From Klebsormidium nitens (Eukaryota > Plantae > Klebsormidiophyceae): a DNA stretch of 41,274 nt. Below the pieces are notes generated by a model that was not told the origin of the DNA, did not search any database, and saw only the letters and a program-made list of their open reading frames with translations. Below are positions 9,701 through 21,100 of the stretch, piece by piece. Each line of letters begins with the position of its first letter. Position 1 is the stretch's first letter. The stretch is from positions 1-41,274 of the forward strand of contig DF237652.1 of assembly GCA_000708835.1 (NCBI GenBank). The letters run 5' to 3'. The translations under genes and the position numbers were made by a program.

Positions 9701-12700
9701 ACCACCATAAGAATCCTCTAGAGATTGTCCAAGATCCGGAAACCACGTGGGTGAAGGAGAAGGAGCGTTCAGGTCAAACTGCGATGTCCCTAGAGACGGC
9801 GCCGCAGTATGCACTTGCCCGGCTTTCTCTAACAGCCTCTGATAGATACTCGGCCCAAAGTCGGGGCCGGCGCAGGCGGGGGGTTGGAGGGGAGCATTGC
9901 GCTCTTGACCGTCGCTCCACGTCGATCGCGCGCTCTGTGGGGCACCGGTAAACGGGTGCAAGGAGCTGCGGCCATTCTGTGCGGGGTTTGGGCGATCACG
10001 ATATTGCCCGGCAGGAGAACGCGTCACGGGGAGCACCGAGGGGGATCCCCCTCGGAAGAACGAGCCACCGCCTGGGAGGCGTGACGAGTGCTTGGAGGGG
10101 ACGAACGGGTTGGCGGGCCCGAACACATTGCGGGCGGGGGGCTTCCAAAGGTCGTTTCGCGCCTGGGGAAAGTAGTCTGAGCTTCTGGGGGGGTAGGCGC
10201 CATCGGTGCCGAAGGGGTAGCGGAACTCGTCGTAGCGCTCGGAGGTGGGAGGGTTTATGAACGCGTGGGGGTTGGGCAGGTCCAGGGCGGACGACAGCGC
10301 GGCCGCGAAGTAAGGCAGGAAAACAGTGCAGGCTTGCACGGCGATTGCAGGATCCTCTTGCAGCTGCGAAGGGGGAGAAGGTCCGGCGTGAGGGACTGTG
10401 CATGAAAGCAAGGTATCGCAGTTCACTTTTGCCCGTTGGGTGCGAGCAAAGTATATGTCAACAAAAGAGTCTTGATGGAAAGCAGAACTTGCGCCACAAA
10501 AGGACAGCCGGTAGTCTGTCTAGTGCAAAACTTCGAACTGCTGCAAGGACCTTATGGAATCATGTACAAGCCAGAATACGGAGCATGGCGCCAAAAGCGG
10601 AAATCACGGCTTACGGAAATTCTGACCGCATTTCCACCCGCTTTCAACCGCGACGGCATGAGCTGTGGTTGGTCAGAAACAGCGACTGTGATCAGTGCCT
10701 CCAGCCAACGGCCTTGGGATGAGCATAATGTGTTCTGCCAATCAGGCAATTACCTTCTCAATGGATCCGAGCTGGAGGAGACACCCTTGGAATGACGTCA
10801 GCAGTACAGTCTGCAGAAGAAAGAAGAACAGTCACGACAGGGGGCAAGGGTTTGACTTTTCTCGCTTGCCGGGAATGCCTTTGGGCATAGATAGCATTGA
10901 GAAAGGAGGAAAGAAACGGAGGAGGAAAAAAGGAATGCAGGAGAGGTTTCCAAAATCAATCAAGCAAATGAGATGTATGGGGATCTAGGGTGTTCACGGA
11001 AGGCGAATAGACTAGCAACAACGCATTGGGTATTCGAGAGGAAGAGTCTCCGTAGTGTCAAGCGAAACAATTGACCCAGGTCAAGCTCAACGAGAGCAAC
11101 CGAAGTCCATATGGCAAAACCAAAAGCGCATATTTGAACAGCGGGCCACAACTACCTCGCTTTGAACCACAAGAAACCCGCTAATGAATAGACTGATTAA
11201 CACTGTTTGGAGCTTGAAAGAAGCTCTTTACGATCAAGATGATAGAAACATTGATGGATCAAGCGGCCTATTGAATTTGCAATTGCTGCACGCAGGGCAG
11301 GATCAGTTCTCGGAGGCACAGATTTGCAGTGGATAAGGATACAAAGCCGGCCAGGTTCTAAGGTAGTTTGCCAGTGACTCGAACGATACGAAGCTGGCCA
11401 GGTCCGTATGCAGAAACAGGAACGCAATGTGCATAAGAGCACTCGTTTAGAACAAGGTAGAGACACTCGGAAATACTCAAGAGAGAATCGGCAGCCAGGC
11501 TGTGACGCCAATGTAGGAGAAGAAGTATCTGGGAAAAAACCCTTTACTCTGAAAGATCCGCCTGACACGGCAACTCAGAATAGCAACGCATACAAAAAAA
11601 CACGGAATTCTCGGGTCCGGAGACGCTGCAACTCAGGAAACGCACCTCAAGGCCTGCGGCAAACTGGGCTCGCCAGTGATCGTCCCCCTGCAGAGAGCAA
11701 GCTTTTTCGTCAACAAGACGAATCATTCCTTATGCGTTGTTGAGTATATCGTTTGGCTTTGTCCCAATCCGTCAAAATCCTGTAGAGAGGCTGTTGTGTT
11801 CTGCCGAAATACGAGACCAGAAAGCCTCTGATGACCAGATACAAGAACTGGAATATTAAGCAGAGGAGCGAAGCGCACCCATCACCCCCTTCTCAATATT
11901 CCCAAGAAGTCCACATCATTTTATAGTTCCATCTACTCATATCTTTATAACGCTTTCGACTGACCATGAATGCACTGCTCGGTCTTGCCTCCCCGTCGTG
12001 CAAAGATGTGAGACTTACGAACCAGGTGTCTGTTTCTGCAGCTTGCAAGCAGGACGTGACGTCAGCTTACGACGTGCCCCAGTGGTATCCGTTAGTTCAA
12101 CGCCAGAAACTCTACTCGGAAGGCGCATGCGATTGTCGAAATGAAGATCCAAAAATCCAGAGTTGTCCCAAAGACAAACCCAGCTTGACGTCATCTGGCG
12201 ATGTACCTTGTCAGAGCCTCCCGTCGCAACGGCCGGTCGCACTCGATATCCGCTGGGGCTTGTCGAGAGCCATCGATCGCCCTCGGACGAATCCGCAGCT
12301 TCGCCCAATATTCTGTAAAGGTTCTCAAGAGTCAGGGAAAATGATACGGAGAGCCAACCAGTCATCACGTCATCCAGAGAGAAAAAATGAGTCTTTGAGC
12401 CTTTGGAAGCTGATGGCCAGCACAGAAACAGCCACCAATCGCCCTTGGACGAACGCTCGGAACGCTGTAGTGGTTCTCACGAATTAGATACACTATACAA
12501 TACTGAGAGTAGATATCAGCTTATCCTAGAGAGAAAGTCCATCCGAGTATTTGCGAGCTAATGTCTGGCTCTGCGACAACCACCAATCGCCCTTGGTGTT
12601 GGGAGAAGCAGGTGACAGCATTACCAACTAGTCTGGGCCAGGGCCCTGAGCGAAACAAACGAACTCCGCTAGACGTGCGCAATGACCAAACCCCAAGTCA

Positions 12701-14754
12701 GCAAAAGCTGCATTGCCATCCATCACTTTGCGGAGCGCGTGCTCTGCTTCGCTAAGATCGAAAATTTCCAGAAGATGGCAATCGTAGACCTTTAGTCAAA
12801 ATAAGGGGGAAACAGTTTGTCAGAAAAGCAGCTTGGGAGAGGATGCATCTTCGATTGCACCACGCTTACCCTTCGCCCTTCTCAAATTCCAGCATCCGAA
12901 GCCGCGCCAAAGCCAAGCTTAGGGCCTCATAGTCGATCCCCCGCCCCGCTTCCGCCGCCAGCATCTTGCTGTGGAACAGTGTGCAGGAAAGCTTCCTGAA
13001 CGAGAAAGATTGAATGCATTCAAACATACACCATCACAAGGTTTTGGAGTCTCAAAATGACAAGTCATAGGCTTACACTGTGACTGGTCAATGTTTGCAC
13101 TAAGCAAGGTTGTAGGGTCTCAAGATCTCACAACGGGGTTTCCAGGGTTCTCACAACGAGGACTCTAGGAACGTCAAATTGACATTTCATAATATGAGGT
13201 GTATCGAGAATCTAGGGTTGGATCTCCACGGCAATGCGGGGGCCAAAATGAACGATGCAGCTCTCGAGAGTTTGCAGAAGTTTCAGAGTCATTGAATGCA
13301 GGATCTTGAGGTCTAAAATTCTGAGAAGTAGGTCAGACGAGACTGCTTTGAAAACCCCTACATCACTAAAACCAGGGTTAGACTCTGGTAGGAGAGAGAC
13401 CGCATACTGATCTGCACGAATGCCCCCCAAAGATTTCTGTCAGACGGCCTGCTAGCGTTAAAATTCTAGAAGTAAGAACTCGCTCCAACTGAATAAGGGG
13501 CTGAATCTCTCAATGTGACCGTAAAAGAGCATCCCAGGCAGAACAAAGCTCACAGATTGACGACTTCAGAAACCCCTTGACACAGGGGCAGATTGAACAA
13601 GCATCGCAACTTGGGGAAGCCTTATCACAGTCAGATCTGAGTGCGGCAAAATTGGATAAACCACAATGACAGCTCTACCCAAAGCCTTGGACCATGGACC
13701 GAGAGACATGTTAAAGACTCTGGTTCTTACCCACTCTGCCGCTCGCTGTGTTGGGAAAACGCTCCTGCTCGGCTGTCTGCTTGTGACCCCAGTGACCTTC
13801 CAATTCTGCAAGAACCATGATGTGACTGTTTACAAACATTTTAAAGATGAATCAAGTACCTTGCCGGAATGGTAGTCTACCTATGCAGACTGAATGGCCT
13901 TTCTGGATTTCAACCAAGCGGCTAGAGTACAATCAGGGGGGGTTACCTTACTGGGGGGACAGAGGTGGTGAAACAGAGGTGGTGAAAGTAATTACCGAGT
14001 TCTAAGAAAGTATGAACCTAGGATTCTCAGTGTCCCTAACTCACACCAAAACCACTTCTTTGATGAAAGAGTGCATGCAAACTAAGCCCTGTATGGTGCG
14101 CTGAGGATACATTCCTGCATTGGAGTGATGAATCTAATGCGTAATGTCAGCACAGTTGGTTTGATCAGTTGAGATGGAAACGTGAATGGGTTCGTGAGAG
14201 CAGAGCCGTTTTGAAGACTCAGGCCACTTCGCGCCCTGCCTCATGCAGTTTTCTCCCTGCACTCTCCAACTCTTTGTACCAAGGTGAGTGGAAGTGAGCC
14301 TGGATCTAGCTTGGACACACCGGACTAAAGGGGAAAGGTGAAACACTGCCACAATACTCGCACGGAGAGTATCAGCTTCCTGATTTGGACTCCTCAAAAT
14401 CGATGCCCTGCTTGCAGCAAAAACACACATGCCCTTGAAGTAGGCTTTCCTCAAACTCCAAACACACGAAGTCCCTCTGCCAACAGCCTGTCTTCAATAA
14501 CCTCATTCAGAAGCGTAGATTCAAGGTGATGTAGCGCCAGTACTTCACTGTCCGTTGACTTACCTGTGCTGCCAGAATGCTGCATAGATCCAGGGCCCCC
14601 CCTCGCACAGCCGCCGCAGCCCCTCTGACAGGGCCTCTTCCCCGCCCGCTTGTTTCCCCCTCGCTAACCCCTCAGTCAAGGGCCTTGTAGAGAGCTCTGT
14701 CACCACTGCGTCTGCTTCACAAATTGCTTCGAAAGACCCCGCGGGGGGCTGCAT
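6745..14754 (-). CDS. LHW: LONESOME HIGHWAY-like atypical bHLH transcription factor (bHLH-MYC_N domain, disordered middle, atypical bHLH, ACT-like C-terminus)
   Basis: Phase-consistent GT/AG exons: 14754-14564 (LSEGLRRLCEGGPWIYAAFWQH), 12968-12870 (ALSLALARL..EKGEG), 12312-12207 (ILGEAAD..RW), 11687-11646 (HWRAQFAAGLE), 10810-10754 (TVLL..LLQLGS), 10363-8705 (LQEDPA...RPWEKGRQTWYSNLEHLRSLVPNTSQ), 7972-7784 (LKLEDLLDRAARHISEL...LAVEELSSAQLILVE), 7147-7022 (..QLAKTL..RARFVVK), 6798-6745 (stop). These match LHW-family motifs (RPRPKDRQ..ELREIVPN, IDALLERTIKHM, IVVED..VEM, WARFTVE) in order and spacing. An extra phase-2/2 exon between 14564 and 12968 cannot be excluded, and the start ATG is a best guess. 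Confidence 0.85.
7526..7821 (-). repeat. Triplicated exon 3' end plus 5' splice site (LHW-like gene)
   Basis: Plus-strand GGAGATTGGTGACCT(T/C)ACCTCAACCAAAATGAGCTGTGCGCTCGA at about 7766 (real donor 7783), 7597 (donor copy 7614) and 7527 (donor copy 7545). Confidence 0.9.
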
Positions 14755-17293
14755 CCTTCTTGGATGTGTGGCCAATGGCCCATTAAGGGGACGAAGGGCT
14801 TCTGAACAAGGCCTTCAGTCTGCACCAAAGAGAGGGAATTGGGTATCAATGCCGAAGGCAAAGTCTGCTCTGACACGCCTTGGGTTTGCGAGGTGAGAGG
14901 TGGCAGGAGTCTCGACAGAGGTTTCTCACACACCAGAACTCGAAAAAGAAGAGGATTCGTCAGAGCAATCTTTTGTGAGGGGGCAAGCGACAGGATGGGC
15001 AGCATCTGAAATCCCGGTCTATATGCGAATTGCTTCAAGCATATGCAGATTTCACATTGGGTCGGCGACTCTCACACTCATCTGATGGCTCACATAAATA
15101 CGCTAAGGGGCTGCTTTAACGAGACGCAGCCAGTGCAGACGTTGTACAGACCCCCTCGTAATTGATGCAGCTTAGCATTTGTCTAAGGAGCCCTTTGGTT
15201 CATGTTTAGAGGGGTCTGAATTCCAGGGGGCCAGATTTTGGGGCTTCAAACAAGTGGTTTCCTTGCCCTTCCAGACAGTCAAATCTTGTCATTGAGCCCC
15301 GCAGGCCTAGTCAATTCTCGGAGCTTAGTGGCGCGTGAAAAGAAGAGAAGGCACCGACGCGTTTGAACGTTCCCAGTCGTGCTTATCAGACATGCAACTG
15401 GCCTGTCCAGTCAAGCGAAAAACCTGACAAGATTCAGGCCGCAATGTTGGAAATTTGGAAATACATTCGTGGAGATAGGTAGCAGAAAAATTGCAGACAA
15501 TGTGCAGAACAATTCGGGAATTGGAAAAAGCGCTCTCTTCCTCAAGGACAACTCGCAGACAGTCAAGCATGTGGGATATAGACAGAACACTACATCTGCT
15601 GTTTGTTCGTTGCTAAGGAGCCAGGATTTTGGCACCAGTGAATAAAGCACGGTTGCGGTCAAGTCAGCTTGTTTTGTCAGCTTCAACATCATAGCCACAA
15701 TATACAAACTGATCTAACTAGAGTCATCTTACCACTTCACGTCCAAGCCAGTAGCTTTGCACGAGAAGCACGAGAATCAAAACAAAAGTCTTCAAAGATC
15801 CCTGAGGAGTCAACGCCTTCATCCTGCCAAGCCTTCACTTTGTCCTGCTTGTAAACAGGCAAAATGCGTCTCAAAGCAGCACCAAACACTGGCTCAGCAT
15901 TACCTTTTCTTCTCGCTATATTCAAAAGCAAGTTTGTCAAAACTGAAGGCCTGTACGTCTACCCCAAGATATGTCTGCTCACAGCAACTGCTGGCAATTC
16001 ACAACCGGTGCATCTTGATTGACTGCTTGCCGACAACGATCAGAGCAACCACTTACATATTTCCTGCACCTCAATCTGCGCATTATGCATGGATACCTTA
16101 AGATTTTTGATCAGCTGGCCACCTCTTTTGTTGCTCCAATTCAGCAATTGTACGCTTTAGCAGCAGTAAGATCCTGCCCCTCACAATAAAACCTAAGCCT
16201 CGGAATTTACCTACTCCACACACGTACCCGCCCTAAACCCCCAAGCTAATCCCACCAGCGTCCCAGGCTGCTGAGCTCACTGCATCTGAAATAGAATTCT
16301 GCTAACTGATGATTTATCCGCTCTCTCTCTCCACACAGCACGCCGGACCCGAAAGCGTTGATTAGATGACCCGGGACTGCGTACCTCCAGGTGGATGATA
16401 GTCACCCTGGTAGGGTGCACCAATTATTTGAAAAATTCTCCACCTATTACAGGTTCAGGTCACAGCTCCCATAGAATCCATGGCAAGCGTCTACCTTACT
16501 AAGTAGCTCGTTCAGCGGTGTCAAAATCCTCGACAATAAAGGAGGAGCATTCAACAAACAAGGAGCTGGTTCAAAGGTACACACGACTTCTCACCTTTCT
16601 GCCTCATGCTCTCCTGCTTCTTCGTAGCCGCATTCTTGACATGACCGCCATCAGATCTCCTCCCGCAAAAGTCACAGCCAACGGTCAACGCACCTCCATC
16701 TCGGCGGCTGCACGCAATGGACGCGACCACTGGCACTGGAAAAGAAATCTCGCGTGAAGTAGGAACTGCCAGGGAGCATGCTAGCTTGCAACTGTTCGTG
16801 AATCAGATTCTGTATGGATGACTGACGCGAGCTGACGTGGTGCGCCTGCCCCCTCACCCCGCCAGATTCGGCGTTTCCATTCCGCTGGCTGTCGCTGCCA
16901 CGGCAGCGGAAGACCACGTTTGCGGCTCTCATCTGACCGTCCGTATTTCAAAGGTGTTCATCTGACGGCTGTGAGACATCTTCGTTAGGTGTGCCCGAAA
17001 GTTAGTACGGTGCGGGCCCTCAGCACTGTATGTTGACCAAGGGCATCTTGATCCTTGACCAAGACAGGCACTGTGCTCGGGACTTGGAATAATCCGAGCA
17101 TCAGGGTTTCGTACCGACACGAGGGTTTTATATTCTTCGCAACCTATCTGTTTCTAAGCCCGTATACGAAACCCACCCGTTCGCCGGGCAGAACTATTTG
17201 GTCAGGACGTCTACTTGTTAACATGAAACCCACAAAATACGGTATACCGGTAGGTACCGTACCGCACGCTATGCATAGCAGAATTTCAATACG

Positions 17294-17452
17294 GGACCCC
17301 CTCGAGTTTTTTTTTTTTTTTTCTTTCCCCGAGATGACGCTTGATAGTTCGTATAAGGCTCAGCCGTCGATCTTGATCACCGACGTCAAAGATCGACTAT
17401 CGAAGAAAGAATTTGATCACGTGGACAGTGATTACATCAGGACCCCCACGAG
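17294..17452 (-). mobile_element. Short retroposed insert (133 nt, poly(A) tail) with a 13-bp target-site duplication
   Basis: T16 at 17307-17322. Flanks are GGACCCCCTCGAG (17294-17306) and GGACCCCCACGAG (17440-17452), 12/13 identical. Confidence 0.6.
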
Positions 17453-18128
17453 CTCCGAGTCACCCTGATCAACAGTCAACTGCATCCCTTGCATGCACGT
17501 GACGAGCTGGTATTTGAAACTTGAAAGGTGAAACTTGAAACTTGAAGTTGAAAGCTCTTGCTCGCGCGAAAGGGAGAAAGGCTCAGAAAGCCAGAACACA
17601 ATTTCAAAGTCATAAAGCTTCCAGGCTTTCGTTCCGACTCCCTGCAGCATCTTCGAGAAGTTTATTGAGTTGAGCTGGCAGCTATGCAACCTTCAGCCCT
17701 GGCTAAAGGAAACATGAAAGGCAAAACAGGCGCACATGCAAGGGCTCTAGCTTTAAAGCCGATGGCAAACACTTCTTCGAGTATGCAAACCGCTCTTCGC
17801 GGACAGTAGGACAGATCTCTGGTTTAAATGTTCTCTAGATTGAGCGGGAACAGGGTAGCCGGTTCAGAGATCCCTTGGACTCAGCTCAATGTTTTTTGTC
17901 CAGCTAGCGGTTCACCTATCCGGCATCTCCAAAGGTGGTAGATCCTGCAAAAGTGTGAGAGTGCTGTTCCAGAGACAGCCTTAGAAACTGTTCTCCGGCA
18001 AACCTTGACAGATTGTACATGGTTGTTAAGACTAGCTAGGTTTGTCTAGATTGCAGTCAGCACACATATGCGGTGGTTGGGAAACAACACAGGTTGTGGT
18101 CAACCACCGTGATAAGCGCAGATTAACA

Positions 18129-21100
18129 ATGAAGTCTCGCAGGCTGCAGTCCGCTAGATTTGTTTCAGTCTGGTTTTGTGCGTTGGCGGTGGCTGGTGGC
18201 GCAATTCTATCCTTTGGGGTGGGCGCGCAGTATGCAAGCGGGCGGCGAAGGGAACTGCAGGTAACTGACTGGCTTCCTTGATGACGTCAGTTGTACCATT
18301 TCTCAACCTTTCAACTTGAAGCTGGCTTTTCTCAAACCCCTTTCAATTTTAGAAAGAGGCTTGTGTTCCTTAGTCTCTGTCTCTATCTTGCTGCTCTAGG
18401 TGTTCGCTCAGTCCACTATTACTCTTTTGAAGACCTTCATTGAGATCCGTGACGAAATGTAGGAGAGCGTTTGCATTGCTTGATTGTTGCCTTGCCAGAG
18501 CGGAATGTCTGCGCATGCCAGACGGTCCGACGATGATAGTGCTCCTCATCCAGTCGTGCCTTTCTTCAGCATTTTGAGCAATAAATGGAATCCCCTCAAT
18601 CAGGAAGACCAAGCGCCTCTTCTTTGGTCGCAGCTGTTTGAAGCTGATGATCATTACTTTCAGATGCTCAAGTTGCGACGGCACAATGGACAAAGCAGAC
18701 TTTCAAAGCCGGGTGTTACTCAACCTTCTTGATAACAAAAACGTAGAGGCAATGCAATTAGGACACATATCAACGAGCTCAGATTTTGATATTTAGAAGC
18801 AACGTCCCAAAGTAGTTGAAATTAGGTGCTGGGGCACTTGAATTCGTACGGAATAGACGTGTGTTCATCTAGGAATGCAAAAGTGCCTTGAATTGCAGAC
18901 TTTCTTCTGCAGCCCCCCAAGGGCCGGGGCCTGGCTCTGTTTGAGTATCTACCAAGCACCGGGGTTGGCAAGAACGCTGCGGAAAGCACACGGTTGATGC
19001 AAAGCGCAGCTCTCATATGTGGGGGGATAGATGTTAGCGGGTGAAAGTCTAACAACGCTGTGTTAAGTTGGATGTAAATTCGATTTTGTGAAGACTGCAC
19101 TGGTTTTTGAAACGGTCTCAAGTGTCAAGATGAAGTAGCATCTCTTCGCTTGTAGCATTCCCCCCTCCAACATGACAGGGTTCATTCTTTGTCACACCGC
19201 ACAACCTTCGAAATCAAAGTCGACAACATTCATAAAGATAAGGAGGTTACTACCACTTCAAAACAAGGTGCCTTGATAAGGGACCTTTCAAAAACACAGT
19301 GGTAGGATTGTCTTCAATCCCTTTTGATGAAATTCCTAAGTGTACCGGAAGCTCTCCATTTCAGGGGCGAGAGCAGTCGATGGAGACGCCGGGGTGGGCG
19401 TTAAGAGATAGGGCGCTTCCAAAAACGCTGGTTTCGTATGTCTTCTCAGACACAGACCCTGAATATAGGTGAGCATTTGCACCTTTAAGATGTCCAGATT
19501 CCTTTATAGTATCCCAGTGTGGCTTTGAGCACCTAATGGGGAAGGCATTATTATCACTTCTTAGATAAAGCGTATGGCTTCGAGTATTAAGACCTACATC
19601 TCCAACTTTTTGAAGCACAATGATGATTGATCTTCGACTTCAATTTCCAAAGCAACAAAACGGCTTCAGCCGGTTGTGTGATATATTCAATCCCCAATCA
19701 GCATGCCTCCCCGAGAGCTGTTAGATCGTTATCAAGCTAGTGTCCGTCAATCTTGGCAGAGAAGCAAAGAGATTTGATGTAGACACCATTCCTTTCCTCG
19801 CGGTATTCTCCCGTCGCAATACCCTCTGAACAAAGTCGTCCAAAAGATGGTTGGCGTTGTTGCTTCAAGTGTGAGATCTCCCCTGAATCCCTTGTGTTAA
19901 TCGGATTGAGCACTTCTTGAGCTCTGGTGACATGTTTGAAATAAGTTCCCCTCTTGTGGATGGCACGCACTGGTCTGGTTGAGTAGGAAGGTTGAGTTTG
20001 TGACGTGGACAATTTGTGTAGCTACTTGACTGCTTGTGCTACTCCAAGAGTCGGCAATGCCCGATCGACTCAACTGATAAACGCTCAAATTGGCGGGTCA
20101 GATCCCCTGCAAATTCTCTCCTCCACAAATATTCGACTCGATTTTGCAGGTTGAAAATGTTCGCATCTTCATCCGCAAATGCACCACTTTACTATAAAAC
20201 CCACCACTTAAACCCGGTGGTTAACCTGACCCCACTTGATTCCAGATCTTCTGAACCGGCAGGTTTAACCCCTCCACTTCCTCAACCATCGCAAACCCAC
20301 CACTTTTAGTGTAAACCCACCACTTAATCCCAGCAGTTAACCTGATCCCACTTGATACACCAACTTTGCAGGCTTAATCTTCTCCACTTTCTCAACCACA
20401 TAACTTACAACCGGGACCCAGCAGACTATGTAATCATCATGAACGGAGGCAAGCCGGACGATTTCGAGCTTCCAGAGGTGCCGCCAAACGTGAGGTGAGA
20501 TATCCTGATGCAGGCTAGTTGTTCGTCCGGTTTGGCTGCCTGAAAAGCATTTTGTCTCCTTTCTAGTTGGACGGGTGCTCTTTGAGCTTTCCCCGTCTTT
20601 CTCGTGAGCCCCAGGGAAGGCCCTACCGGTCAACGCAAAACTTCTTTGTTGCGGTACGTCGCAGGACTCCATCCAGATCTGGCAGAAATAAGGACAAGGA
20701 GGTTGATTCTGATTTGTTGTTGACCGCTTGGCAATCTGGTTCAACAGCTGCGACCAAAAGTGTGGCGCACAGTTGTACCATTCTGAGCAGGCTGTTTAGG
20801 ACTGAGATTCAAGACAGGGAATCCACGCACAACTAGCTTGCAGCGGCCAGAGCCTTACAAGTGGTTTCAGGTTGCTTCTGTGTAACCTCGATGGCACGTT
20901 GGTGCATCGCTTATTATTTGAAAGTGAAGCTGTTCGTAGAAACAATCTGTTTTAACCCAGCGCTTAATCCTCCTCTACCGAAGTTTGTCGCACCATAGGG
21001 TCTTTCGACTTGGGGCCGCATGGGTGGCTTCAACATGTGGAACGTACGTGAAGTCGCTGCTGATAACGTGAACACCACCCGTCGCTCGATTTACCTTCTC

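Noticed and set aside
8638-10403. Many short overlapping ORFs on both strands
   Set aside because: Shadows of the GC-rich large LHW-like exon; the same applies to ORFs over 33125-33864 and 34763-35784.
15325-15940. Separate minus-strand gene upstream of the LHW-like gene
   Set aside because: Short ORFs without a recognisable domain or a consistent exon chain.
18484-18732. Additional exon of the membrane-protein gene
   Set aside because: Plausible acceptor, but no convincing phase-0 donor to join exon 19365; left unresolved.
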